Below, piece after piece: positions 11,601-25,000 of a stretch of DNA of 64,000 nt. A model generated the notes under the pieces. It saw nothing but the letters and a program-made list of their open reading frames with translations, did not search any database and was not told where the DNA came from. The stretch spans positions 449,055 to 513,054 of the forward strand of contig JAKMXF010000022.1 in the NCBI GenBank assembly GCA_024704765.1, written 5' to 3'. Source of the DNA: Oopsacas minuta (taxonomy: Eukaryota > Animalia > Porifera). A program made the translations under genes and the position numbers. Position 1 is the first letter of the stretch; the number at the start of each line of letters is the position of its first letter.

Positions 11601-14600
11601 ATTTTACTGTATATTCTATTTCTGTTAAGTCTAGGACAATTGGTCTGGGTCCCGCATCGACGATCCAAAGAAGAACAAGTGAAACAAGTAAATTTGAGCT
11701 CTCAATTAAATTGTATTCAGTTTAGTTCATTTATTTTAATCATTTATTTTATCATTTTAGCTCCATCTGGCACACCGACTAATTTCACTGCCACTTCATA
11801 TGACTCCAGGGCTATATATATTACCTGGAAGCCTCCTATCTACAGTGAACAGAATGGAGAATTGACATCTTATACACTTACTTATAATGGCGAGGAACGA
11901 GATAAAGAACTGCGAACTGAAATATTTACCAGAAATAGTCGCTCTAACCATTCTCTATACGTGACTAACCTCGAAGAGGATACTACCTTCAATATTTCAA
12001 TTATGGCTAATACTAGCAAGGGTGCAGGTCCAATAGCCTGGATTTCTGTCCTCACGCCAGAAGATGGTAAGTTACTGAAATCTGATTACGTGTTATGTAA
12101 CTTAAGTTCGAAGAAAAAATCATCAATATTTATATATAGTACCTTCATCTTCTGTTCGTAACCTAACAACCTCAACTGAGGGAATGAATGCTACATCGAT
12201 CTTTGTTAGTTGGGAAGTACCAATCTTGAATGATCTGAATGGTATTCTAGTCAATTACTCCATCAACTACTCTGGTATAGAGATTGATACAGTTCCTAGA
12301 GTCATCTACTTGTCCTATCCTAATCTGACCAATCAATCTATTACTCTAATCGACCTGGAGGAATACACCACTTACTCTATTAATGTGTCAGCTTACACGA
12401 AAGTGGGTAAAGGTCCTGATGCTATGATCACACAAATAACCAATCAAGATGGTGAGTATCTATTTCATAATTTCCTGGATATCCTATTGTGTAAATTTAT
12501 ATCTTGTTATTGTGTATATAGTTCCATCTGCTTTTCCTACGGATTTCCTCTTAAAGGCTATTTCACCAACTATCGTTAAAGTATCATGGGATCCTCCTCC
12601 CATAAACGATCAAAACGGTGTAATTACAACTTATACACTCACATACATGGGTTTAGAAAGAGACAATAAATCAAAAACTATTAATATAACTGTCTTGGAT
12701 GGTACATATGTTCTTCCAATACTAATCGGTTTAGAAGAAAATACAAACTATTTCGTTACTCTGAATGCTAATACAAGCGAAGGAGCTGGTCCTATCACTA
12801 ATTTATCTGTTCTAACTCCACAAACCAGTAAGTTGCGAATTATGCAAATTCCATTTCTTCTAGCTAACCAATTCTTCTCATATTTTCTATTTTAGTACCA
12901 AAGGGAGCTCCACGGAACTTGATTCTAACCTCAACTGATACAAGTATCCAGATAAACTGGTCAGTTCCTATAATTGACGATCTGGATGGAAATTTGACAG
13001 GTTATCTAGTCACATACCATGGCTTTAAGATTGATACTCACGAAAGAATGATACAATTCAATACTTCAAGTGATGATAACCAAACACTAACATTGAGTCC
13101 TCTTGAGGAATACACTGACTATTTTATCTCTGTACATGCGATTACTGTGGGGGTGGGTCCTTCTTTGTCTACTACATTCCGCACTTTACAAGCAAGTAAG
13201 TTATCTATCACTGCAAATCCAGAGTATACTATTGTAGCAATTGTAATAATGTAAATATGTCTTATTCAGGGCCTAGTGCTGTTCCCACTGACCTCACCGC
13301 ATCCCCAATATCTGCTCGTGCAATTTTCATAACCTGGTCTCCTCCGCCGTTTATACATCAGAATGGAATAATAACTGAATACACTCTCACCAACCAAGGA
13401 GTAGAGAGAGATATAATGAAAAGAAATATATCAATACCAACTGCTACAAGTCGTTCTACTACTTCTCTCACTGTGACAGATATTGAAGAAGATACTGACT
13501 TTACCATAGCCATTAGAGCTCACACAATTAAAGGACCGGGTCCTATCACTACAGTATCAGTGCGTACTCTTGAGAGTGGTGAGTAATTATAGAGTAAATA
13601 ATTTGAGAGACTGTATTTATATTTTAACTTAACAGAGCCTTCATCTCCTGTACGAGACTTAACAACATCAACAACAAGACAGAATGCTACATCCATCTTT
13701 GTTAATTGGGAAGTACCAATCTTGAATGACCTGAATGGTATTCTAGTCAACTACTCCATCAACTACTCTGGTATAGAGATTGATACAGCACCCAGAGTCA
13801 TCTACTTGTCCTATCCTAATCTCACCAACCAATCTATTACTCTAATCGATCTGCAAGAATACACTACTTACTCCATTAATGTGTCAGCTTACACGAAAGT
13901 GGGTAAAGGTCCTGATGCAATCATCACACAAAGAACCAATCAAGATGGTGAGTTAATCTAATACTTCTTCTTATGCATCATAGGCTGTGTATATCGATGG
14001 CTATTGTATAATCGTTATATTTTCATTTCTAGTTCCATACTTATTTACTTTTATTTCAGCTCCCGATGGAACAGTTCAGTACTTAAACACTACCGAAGCA
14101 AGTCCTTTCGCTACTCTCATCACCTGGGAACCTCCTCCGTTCCCTTTCCAAAATGGACCTATTATAAGTTATGAAATTCTGACAGTATTCTCAGATCCGT
14201 ATACAAACGTGACAGGTTTATCAAGGAACTTTACATGGCTCAATTATACAGACAGAACAGAGATATTGCTTAAGGAACTGAGACCTGGAGTAAACTTCAG
14301 TTCAACTGTTATACCAATTAACCAGGAAGGATCTGGTCCACCAATCTCAACAATATTTAGTATGATCGCAGGTAAGTAGTATTAGTGCAACTCCTATAGG
14401 GAGATATCATATAGATATATAGATATATATAGCATGGAGATAGGGCGACGCACTTATGTTCACGCAATCCGATTGTTATGAGAATTGGTATGTGAGTAGG
14501 ACATCCTTAATACGAAATCATAATAGGTATATTGATATATTGTGAAAATTATTTATTTTCCACAGAAACTATCCCAGAAATCTTAATTCCTGAATCTGAT

Positions 14601-17600
14601 GTATTCATTACTGTACAAGAGGCAGTTGTAGATGAATTCAGTGAATACTATAATTGTACAGCAAGTGGTAATCCTATACCACTCATTCACTGGATCAGGA
14701 ATGATGAAACGAGATTGGATGCTTTTAACATTACGATAAATGGGACTTCATTAGTAAGAGGGAGTAATATATTCAGATGCGTTGCTTCGAGTAGAAATGG
14801 TGAAGACTCTCTTGTCGTTTCAGTCATTCTAGTTTCTGAGGAAGTTGATGTAAGTGCGATCAGTGACGCTCTAGACCTTATCAGCAATCAGACCATTCTT
14901 AATGAACAGGAAACAGATGACCTATCCTCTCTCATCCGGACTAGCGTACAATCTGTTGATTCTAATAGAATGAATAACAGTGTCAACTCTACAGACAGTA
15001 ATTCTACCCAAATTGTCGAAATAGTTTCTGATCTATTCTCCGACCTGATTAGATTAGCAGAGAGTGGAATCTCACGGAACGCCTCAGTCAGACTTTTTGA
15101 TACTGGAGGTGAACTTGTCAGAACTTCTCAAATTAACCAAGGTGTGGCAATGAATGAAGAAATTCCATCTCTATTAGAGGTAGCTAACGCTATAATATGA
15201 GGGAAATAAATTCATATTGATAATCAAATATTATTTTAGAACATATGTCTGAATTTGTTACAAAACGTAACCAACACTTACAGACCTCTAGCTATCTCTG
15301 TTAATGGAATAGAAGATTTGGGAATTAAATTTATCGAAAATCTCAACACAACAGAGCCAAGTGTTATTGATGATCCTGAAAGCAGTATATTCTTCGAAGC
15401 ACAAGAATTGAATGAAACCGTTTATGATAATTCAACTATGACCTTTCCAATGACAAATCGAACTACAAATTCCTCTGAACAAGTTTCTGTACCTGGCAGT
15501 TTACTCCAAGCATTGATGAATTCGAGTAACAACAGTGGTATTGCTCCTAGGATTACAGTAAGTTGGGTTTTTAGTGAGCCCATTGCCTGTAGATCTAGAA
15601 TATTTCTATTGAATATATTTAATTTTCTGATATCTTCTTGTAGATTTCCACAACAGTGATTGGAGAACAACGAGAAAATATTAGCAGAATAGTTGCGTTT
15701 ACTCTTATGGATAGAAGTTCAAAACCTGTAAATCTCTTTGGAAATAGTGTAAGTAATTGAAATGTAACAAATTTGCAACCGAATTTCAGTATTCGGTTAA
15801 TCCACTATTCATGAATACTGATATTCGGTTCGATCGGTTTCAACCTTGAAATGTAATAGAATGTACTATGTATAATGTTTTGTTCACTCATATGCATACA
15901 CTGAGATTATAGAGCCCGCCTCTGGCTGAGAACATTCGATATATATACATATAATATAAGATGTCTTTGTTGTTCTTTGTTGAGTACATATAATAGCAGA
16001 TACTTTTGGCCTTTTAAAAGTAGCATTGGGAATAAAATACCCACACAATTCGTTTATACGGGACTGTTTCCTTTAGATCAATATAACACTTGAAACCACT
16101 CCAGCTCCAAAAGGGTTTGAACATGTGTGTGTTGCACTAAATAGAACTACAAATACCTGGTCAACAGTTGGTGTTAAGATGGTTAAAGAAGATGATGAGA
16201 TGAACACTACAACTTGTGAAACAAACCATTTGACTAGCTTTGCTGTATTGATACAAGTTAAACCAGTTGAAGTGTCCTTTGTTGAGAAAATAATCGCTTC
16301 AGTTTTCTCCTACTTCTTGCTGAGCATATCCTTTTTATTCCTACTGGCTACACTTATACTCTTCTGTATAGGTGGTAGGACATTCCTAAAGGTTGAAATG
16401 AACATATTATACCTTAACTATGGTATTGCCCTCACTTGTGCTAACGGTCTCTTCCTTTTCGGAGTGGAACTTGGAAAATTCCATCCCGTCTCCTGCACCA
16501 TCGTAGCACTATTCCTTCACTACTTTTGGAGTACTGTCTTTTCTTGGAGTCTCTGCAACGCAATACTCATATTTTATAGATTATTCATTGGTGAGTTATA
16601 TCTTTGGGGATGCATATTTGATATTTCTAACATTCCCCATTCCCCACTTATAATTTCAAGGAGTAGAGGTTCGTTTCTATCGAAATGAACCCAAATCGAC
16701 CAAAATCGACCAAAATTCCCCCACTTATAAAGGTTGTACTACTGTACACATCAAATTTCTCATTTTACAATTTGTCCATATTTAGGTATTTTGAGCAACA
16801 GAAAGATTTGGCCATATCTAGTCTTCTTCGGGTGGTTATCTCCCTTACCTCTGGTAATAATATCAGTTAGCATAAAACAATCTGCTTACAGTAACCATCT
16901 AGCTGGCTATTGCTGGCTTTCAAATGAAGATGGACTCATATGGGCCTTCCTGGGTCCAGTATTCCTCGTATTAATCCTGAATGCAATCATACTCACTACA
17001 AGTGCAATTCGTATTGGCACAGCCAGGAAGAATCTTGACAAAGTAAAACAATTGCGTGTTGCACTATTGAGTGCATTCATTCTAACTCCAGTACTGGGCA
17101 TGCCTTGGATCGTATCATTTGCTAAAATAATAACAGTGGGTATAGAAGATGAGCTAGCATTGGCTATACTAGACAAGTTCATAGATTGGGTATTCATTTG
17201 TTTGAATGCTCCAGCAGGAGTGGTATTCTTTATAATCATTTTCAAGAGATTCAGGGAACATCGAAAATTGCTGAGACAAAAGGAAACAGCAGGAAATAGA
17301 ACTGGTATCCCTTCTGATTTTAGCAAATTCAAGAAGAATAATCTATCTGCTCGTGGATCTATAACATCTATCACAGGGCTCACAATTGTCAACCCGAATC
17401 GGGGGCATAACAATCCTTCATGTTCATCAGAAGTATCAAACGCAGTTTATGATCCCTCTACTATGTCATCGAGCAATCAAGATGGGATCGAATTCGAGAC
17501 TATTCATGAAACAAAAGCTCCATATGATTATCCATGCGAGCAAGAGGGTGACGATGTTAAATTAACAGCTGATGATGATGATGAAACAGCAGATACTTCA

Positions 17601-18512
17601 TTCATTTCCAGAGGGATTGTCTTTTTCAAGAATTCATTTAAGTTATCTAACAAAGAGAGTAATGGTGGTGTAGGAGCAGACCAATCGTCAGCACCAAGTC
17701 CTAAGAGGAGCAAATACCATGACCTTTATTTGCAACATATACATCAAATAACTGACAAATCTAATTATGGAATAAACGTAGAATATGGTACAGAAATTGT
17801 AACTGAAGATGGTGTGAAAATTCGTAAAAAATCTATACCCAGTTCGAGCTCAAGCAGGCTTAGTTGTGAACATGCCATTAAGGTTGTAGAGCTGAAACAG
17901 TATTTTGATGATTCGCCAAATTCACCAACTGTACAAGAATTTTTTTCTGAGTCTGATAAAGATTCTATCCCTGTGATACAAGAAAATGATAAACCTGAAG
18001 TAGGACATCCTCTCATGGAACAATACTCCTCTCCACAACGAAAACTAACCCCGCTGCTTGAACCTGATAATGGTGAAATTGAACTATCAAAGGATACTAA
18101 GCACTGGACTAAATTCGAAGAAGATAATGATTTCAATCTTCCGTCTCCTAAAACTATAACCGAGTTTGAACAAACATCCAGTCAACCTCGTGAAAAGAAG
18201 TCAGCTGAAGCCTCAACTTTGGGAAAGGCCAGTTCTCTCGAATACATAGGTACAGAAGATATAAAGCCAAAACAGCGCAGAAGTGCTGATTCACAAGGGG
18301 AACGAATACCAAATACCAGTGTTAGTCATAATATTAAACAATACTCACCCAAAAAAGCTCATAGCACTGGGGCTACTAACGAAAATGATGCTCCAGCTTC
18401 ATTTCCAAACATTGATCCAGAAACTCCAAATAGTTTGAACCCTTTTGATCATTTGGAATCTGAGCAAAACCAAAGTGCAGGAAATACTGTTAATCTGAAA
18501 TTTAACCCATAA
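8609..18512 (+). CDS. Adhesion GPCR paralogue B: signal peptide, CTLD, 12 FN3, Ig, GAIN/GPS, 7TM, ~415-aa tail (~2466 aa)
   Basis: Exons 8609-8660 (MRIYRILFFVVLANFAQ), 8810-9187 (CTLD), FN3 exons 9267-9578, 9813-10118, 10180-10488, 10781-11086, 11385-11687, 11761-12066, 12140-12451, 12522-12827, 12896-13195, 13270-13578, 13636-13947, 14060-14371, then 14566-15179, 15240-15557, 15644-15748, 16077-16590 (GPS CETNHLTSFAVL), 16786-18512. Joined length 7401 nt = 2467 codons, frame consistent. Confidence 0.88.
9207..10495 (+). repeat. Near-identical segment shared with ~27215-28500 (N, Q and S' FN3 exons plus introns)
   Basis: Visual alignment; paired near-identical ORFs 9652/27657, 9807/27812, 9962/27967. 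Confidence 0.9.
9614..9762. mobile_element. hAT-like MITE (~150 bp) in the N-Q intron of gene B
   Basis: Imperfect TIRs CAAAGGCGAGCC / GCTTCGCCTCTG; flanks TTTAGGGT and TTCAAGGT (6/8 match); near-identical copy at 27618. Confidence 0.55.
12140..14032 (+). repeat. Near-identical segment shared with 29179-31071 (five FN3 exons plus introns)
   Basis: Paired ORFs 12919/29958, 13257/30296, 13520/30559, 13722/30761 at a constant offset of 17039. Confidence 0.92.
16065..17260 (+). repeat. 1196-nt near-identical tract shared with 36663-37858 (GPS, 7TM and the intervening intron)
   Basis: Constant offset 20598; identical ORF translations except DKF versus DRF. Confidence 0.95.
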
Positions 18513-19020
18513 TTTGTATTTTAAATATTTTTGTTTCCCCTTTATGTAGATTTTGATAGAACTCTCTGATCTTTGAATTGTAATATGTAATAATATATTA
18601 AAAGTTTGTTTATGTTTCTATTAAATATACATCAAATACCCTACGTATGTAATTTGCCAATTCCAGTAATCGGCAAAGAGCAGCTTGCAATTGATCAACT
18701 GAAATTATTTGCAATCGATCATTAGGGAAGGTTTGCAATTATTCAGAAAATTTGCATAATTCAAACACTCAAATATGGATATAGTCAATTACATTAGATG
18801 ATTAAGAAAATTCTAGTAACTTGAGAAGTGGAAAAGATACATTATGTATATATCCTTCTAGAATTATTACAAAGAGCAATTTTATCAGGCAAACATCATT
18901 GTTCTCTATACAAGTTTGGATAATATAAATTGAGTAATAATCTTATTTCACATAATTATTAAGTGCAGTTACCTACATATTAATTGGTTGGAAACTGTCA
19001 AATTTGTATAAATATTTTAA

Positions 19021-22000
19021 ATGAGAATTTATAGAATTCTTTTATTTGCCCTTCTGGTACATTTTGCTGAAGGTATGTTGTCCTTTAGAATTAATTTTTG
19101 AGTCTTCCTTGCATACTTTTGTTAATCTAGGATTATTGCTTAGAAATACCAAGGTTTTTATCTAATTTGATAATTAGAACGAATATTCGAATATTCTGTG
19201 TATTTATTCCTATTCTTAATATTGTAGTATTAACATCAGCTGACTCATCCATCCTAAGCTGTGACTTAATTCTAAACGGCTATTGCTATGAACATTTCAC
19301 TCAAAAGAGTAATTGGACAGATGCAAACTCCAGCTGTGTAGATTGGGGAGGTGAATTAGTCAGTCTGTATACACAAACTCTAACTGATTTTCTACCATAT
19401 CTGATTTCTATCAACACTGTATGGACTTCTGCAAACAATCTACAAACAAACAACTTCACTCTAGTTTGGAGTAATGGTAGTGAAGTAGATCTGTTACCTG
19501 CAGACACTAATATAACAGAATTTGCTTGTGGTTATGTGTCTGTCTCTGGTGGATTTAATATTTCCATCTGTAACACAACTAGAAGTTACATCTGTACCAA
19601 AGAAGGTTAGTTTATTATTTTATTCATTTAGAATTGTTCATATATATTTTCTATACAAACATATATAGTAATTCTAATTCCATCGTCTGCTCCTGGGAAT
19701 CTAAATGTGACTGCTACGAACTCAACTAGTATACTTATCTCATGGATACCTCCTCAATATCCTTCTTACACTCAGCAGCAACAACAACAACGAGACGAAC
19801 AACTCACAAGTTATATACTAGTAATAATCTCAGGGTTAGAACCAGATAGAAATGAAATGGAATATGAATTACCAACAGATACTCAGTCTTTTAGAGTAAC
19901 AGGTTTAGAAGAAGGAACTCATTACACAATCCAGATAAGTGCAGCTACTAGAGCTGGAATTGGACCTGTCAACTCATCAAGTGTATTTACGCCAGAATCA
20001 GGTAAATTAGTGATTTACTGTACAGGTGTATTCATCAGTGTTGTATACATGTATTATTATCATATTTTAGTACCCACTGGAGAAGTATTAAATTTGACAG
20101 TTATAGAAGTAGATAGCAGAGGAATGTTTGTATCCTGGAGTCCCCCAGCTGTGAGTCTTCAGAACGGTGAAATAAACGGTTACAGGATAGTGATGAGAAG
20201 AGATTCTACAGTAGTGTTGAACATCACTACAACATCTGTATGCTACTCCATATCAGATCTATATCCTCATATAAACTACAGTGTGAGTGTATCTCCTATA
20301 AATTCTGAAGGAGAAGGACCTTCTCTTTCAATCTACCAATACACTGAATCTGAAGGTAAATATTATTTGATTATACAACTAAGTTATTTTAACATTTTGA
20401 TTACTAACCTGTTCACTTAGCTTTTACAAATTAAAATAAGTAAGTCAGCATAATTATGTGTATTACGTAATGAAAAAAACAAAATATAATTACAGGTCCA
20501 AATACTTTACACTTTTCTTAGAAAATGCATTAATACTTTATAAAGTAAACACTGACTATAAAGGTAGTTCCATATGTAATTATATACCCTTCTTCTAGCT
20601 AGCTTGGGCGATTTATGTTTTTTATAGTATTACCTAATAAGGAGTCATTAAGTTATAGATATTAAATATCTGTTAACTCCGAAGGTACTTTACTCTACGT
20701 AGATTCTTCCATGTGACTAGAATACGTAGTTAGCGATTGTAATTTATTTGTAATACAAGTACTGACTTTATATATTATTTCTGAATAGTTCCTTCTTCAT
20801 CTGTTCGTAACCTAACAACATCAACAACAAGCCAGAATGCTACATCCATCTTTGTTAGTTGGATCGTTCCTATACCGAATGATCTGAACGGTATTCTAGT
20901 TAACTACTCCATTAGTTATTTTGGTATAGAAATTGATACAACACTCAGGGTTATATATTTGTCTGATCCTGATGATAATGAATCTATTACTCTAATCGAT
21001 CTGCAAGAATACACAACATATTCTATAAGTGTAGCTGCTTACACAATAGTGGGTAAAGGTCCTGATGCTATCATCACACAAAGAACGAATCAAGATGGTG
21101 AGTGTTGGTTAGATAGATGTTTATTGTTTTGTTGATTGTATTTTAACCATTCTTATTGTTTTCAAGCTCCATCTAGCATTCCTACATCCCTTCAAGCTAC
21201 ACCTCTCTCTCCTACCATCCTCAGCATCACCTGGGAAGATCCTGTCTATATCAATCAAAATGGTATCATCACTACCTACATACTGACTTATGAAGGGATA
21301 GAGAGAGACACACAGCTACGTACACTGACACTCCCTCAGACTAACCTTTCTCTCACCTGTCATAACTTGGATTCTCTTGAGGAGTATACCACTTACAAGA
21401 TTTCGGTCTCAGCCTCTACCACTGTTGGAGCTGGACCTGTTTCAAGAGTTACTGTGAGAACTCTTGAAAATGGTAAGACTTTAGTGATAGTATCCTCTAT
21501 TATTATTTGCGGAAATACTTACCCCCGAGAATACATTTTGGTGCGTTTTACTGAAGAACATCTTATCCGAAATTTCTTCCTAACAATTATTAGAGTTTTG
21601 GAGAGAAATTCCGTATTACCGAAAGTAGGACTTTACTCGATTACATATTACCTGAGTTATACTGTAGTTAATTCCATTTAATTATAACTCAGCTTAGCTT
21701 GACTGTTCAGAGCAGACGCGTCTTAGTCGAGTTGAGTCAACCTACAGATTATTGGCTAATCTCTTGTATTGTGTATCAACTGAAATTGAGCGAAACATAT
21801 TGTATAGATCAGTTTTCGTTAAGACAATTATTCTCCTATTCTAACAATCCCTATTTTGTAGTTCCATCATCTACAGTCCGTAATCTAACTGCTGAACCTA
21901 GTTCCAGTTCCATTACAGTAGGCTGGTATGAACCAATCATGAATGATTTGAATGGCGTACCCACTTACTACACACTGAGATACTCTGGAGTTGAGTTTCA

Positions 22001-25000
22001 GACTGAAGAGAAGACAGTTGTAGTCAACTACACTTCTTCTGGAAATGAGACTGTCACTCTAACTGGTTTAGAGGCTTACACAGTATACGAGATATCTGTT
22101 ACTTTGTCTACGAGTATTGGAGAGGGAGATCCTGCAAATATTGATATTCGAACACTGGAGACAGTTCCCACTGGTACACCCACCGATCTCAACACTAATG
22201 TCCTCTCTGCTAACATCATCAGTGTGACATGGGGTCATCCTATCTCCATTGAACAGAACGGAGTGATCACTGAATACACTCTAACCTACAGAGGCGTGGA
22301 ACGAGACACAACATCTCGTGAAGTAACTCTCTATTCAAATGATACATTCTTTACTAACTACATTCTATCACAACTTGATGAACATACAAACTACAACATT
22401 TCTGTATCAGCCAGTACATCAGTTGGAACAGGTCCAGCTTCTTCTCTTCAAACATTAACAGATCAGAATGGTAAGTCTGATATTAACATTGCTATTTGTT
22501 TGATCAAGTATTTGCATTGCATTGAATCGTTGGACTGCATTGCCATTTCTTGCCTCACTGTTGTATTTCATTCTTATTGTCTAATTTTATTCCTTTAACC
22601 TATAACATTTAAGAATATAACAAATATGTAACCTATCAATATCCTTGTCTTATAATATTTCCTTTTACGTATCCTCATCCCTTCCATTCTTCCTGGATGA
22701 AAGTATTATGTATACTTATATTTATTGCATGGAATATCTTTTCAGTTATTTAAATATTCTAAATTAATGAAATCTCTTCAAACATATTAGGTAAACTGAA
22801 TCAATATTGAAATACTGGTCTGTCCTTAGATATTGTTTATTTATTTTATAATGTTTGGGTTAACTCGAGATACATAATCAGTCGAATCGTCAATATCTAA
22901 CAAAATATTATGATGATAATGTTTGCTAAGCAGCAAGTAAGATTGCATTTTTTTTGGTAGTTGAAAAGTGTCAAAACATATGAACTTTCTTAGCACAGCT
23001 TTTCGAATACATGTTTCATTTCTATATTTTGCTTCTCAACGAGATTCATCACTTCCTTATTTTCTAGTTCCATCATCTACAGTCCGTAGCCTAACTGCTG
23101 TACCTAGTGCCAGTTCCATTACAGTAAGCTGGAATGAACCAATCATGGATGACTTTAATGGTGTACCCACTTACTACACACTGAGATACTCTGGAGTTGA
23201 GTTTCAGACTGAAGAGAAGACAGTTGTAGTCAACTACACTTCTTCTGGAAATGAGATGGTCTCTCTAACTGGTTTAGAGGCTTACACAGTATATGAGATA
23301 TCCGTTACTTTGTCTACGAGTATTGGAGAGGGAGATCCTGCAAATATCGATATTCGAACACTGGAGACAGTTCCCACTGGTACACCCACCGATCTCAACA
23401 CTAATGTCCTCTCTGCTAACATCATCAGTGTGACATGGGGTCATCCTATCTCCATTGAACAGAACGGAGTGATCACTGAATACACTCTAACCTACAGAGG
23501 CGTGGAACGAGACACAGCATCTAGAGAAATAATTCTTCTCTCAAATGAACCATATTTCACTAGTTATGTTATTACTCAATTGGATGAACATACAACTTAT
23601 GATATTGATGTTGCAGCTAGCACAATGATAGGAATTGGTCCAATTGCTAGTATTAGGACTATTACAGATCAAGATGGTGGGTTCAGTCACTACATTTCAT
23701 TATCTACTATTTCTTTCGATTCTGATCATTTATCCTATTTCTATTCTTGTAGTTCCTTCTGCTGCCCCTAACAACGTTGCAACTAGTGTAGTTAACTCTA
23801 CAGCCATTCTCTTAACATGGGATGCTCCAGACCTCTCTGATAGAAATGGAATCCTCCTCTACTACACACTGACTTACTTCGGTGTAGAATTGGATCAAAT
23901 AGTACGAGTAGTTAATTACACCATTGAAGGTTCTAATCACTCCAATCAGACATATGAATTCTCAGGACTACAGGAATACACTGTGTATGAGTTTAGAGTA
24001 GCTGCTCATACTAGTTTAGGAGAGGGTGTAACTGCAAGTGCTTCAGCTAGAACAGATGAATCAGGTGAGTTTATTCTGCAATATTTTAGGATTAACGAAC
24101 CCATTGGCGGATCCACGGGCCCAGGGACGTAACTAATGTTTACACTGCATACTGGTACGCCAAAACTGTATAAAGGTAGGCCCTACAGCCTATAAGTCCG
24201 GATGTTCTTAGTTGATATTCTTCAAATTTCTAGTGGCCTGTGGGCACAATGTGTTCACAGTACCTAAATGAATGTACTCTAGGGCCTGAATACATGGGCC
24301 CCACTGACTCCTGCTTATTATTTTACATTTTTTGCACCCCCCCTTATGAGGATTCCTGGATCTGCTAGTGTTACCCGTCCAATATTTGATATAGTGTGTA
24401 TATATTTCCAGTACCTACTACTCAGCCATCTGAATTGAATGTACAGATCCTATCGTCTTCAATATTGATAGCAACTTGGTATGAACCTCCCTTCTCTGAA
24501 CAGAACGGTATACTAACAAAGTACAGAGTAACATGGCGTGGTTTAGAGAGAGACACAGAAGTGAGACTAGAAGACATTCCAGTGAGCAGTACCTCCAATA
24601 CATCTTACGCATTGACTGATCTAGATGCATACACAAGCTATGAAGTGAATGTGAGTAGTTTCACTTCAGTAGGAGCTGGTCCAATCTCTAGTTATACAGT
24701 GACTACTCTACAAGATAGTGAGTTTAATTTTTTGATATATTTGTATTCTAAAATCTAATCTCATTAATTCTTTCTTAGTTCCTTCTTCATCTGTTCGTAA
24801 CCTAACAACATCAACAACAAGCCAGAATGCTACATCCATCTTTGTTAGTTGGATCATTCCTATACCGAATGATCTGAACGGTATTCTAGTTAACTACTCC
24901 ATTAGTTATTTTGGTATAGAAATTGATACAACACTCAGGGTTATATATTTGTCTGATCCTAATGATAATGAATCTATTACTCTAATCGATCTGCAAGAAT

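Noticed and set aside
15775-15845. Hairpin AACCGAAT/ATTCGGTT in gene B intron as a structured ncRNA
   Set aside because: Short stem typical of decayed MITE fragments; not present in paralogous introns.
16625-16735. Direct repeats TTCCCCACTTATAA in the 7TM intron, and similar TTCCCCGTTTGTGGA pairs in the TRPA intron
   Set aside because: Probably repeat-family remnants; too short to assign or argue function.
8883-19507. Identical 68-aa minus-strand ORFs at 8883 and 19301
   Set aside because: Identity simply reflects the duplicated CTLD exon on the plus strand.
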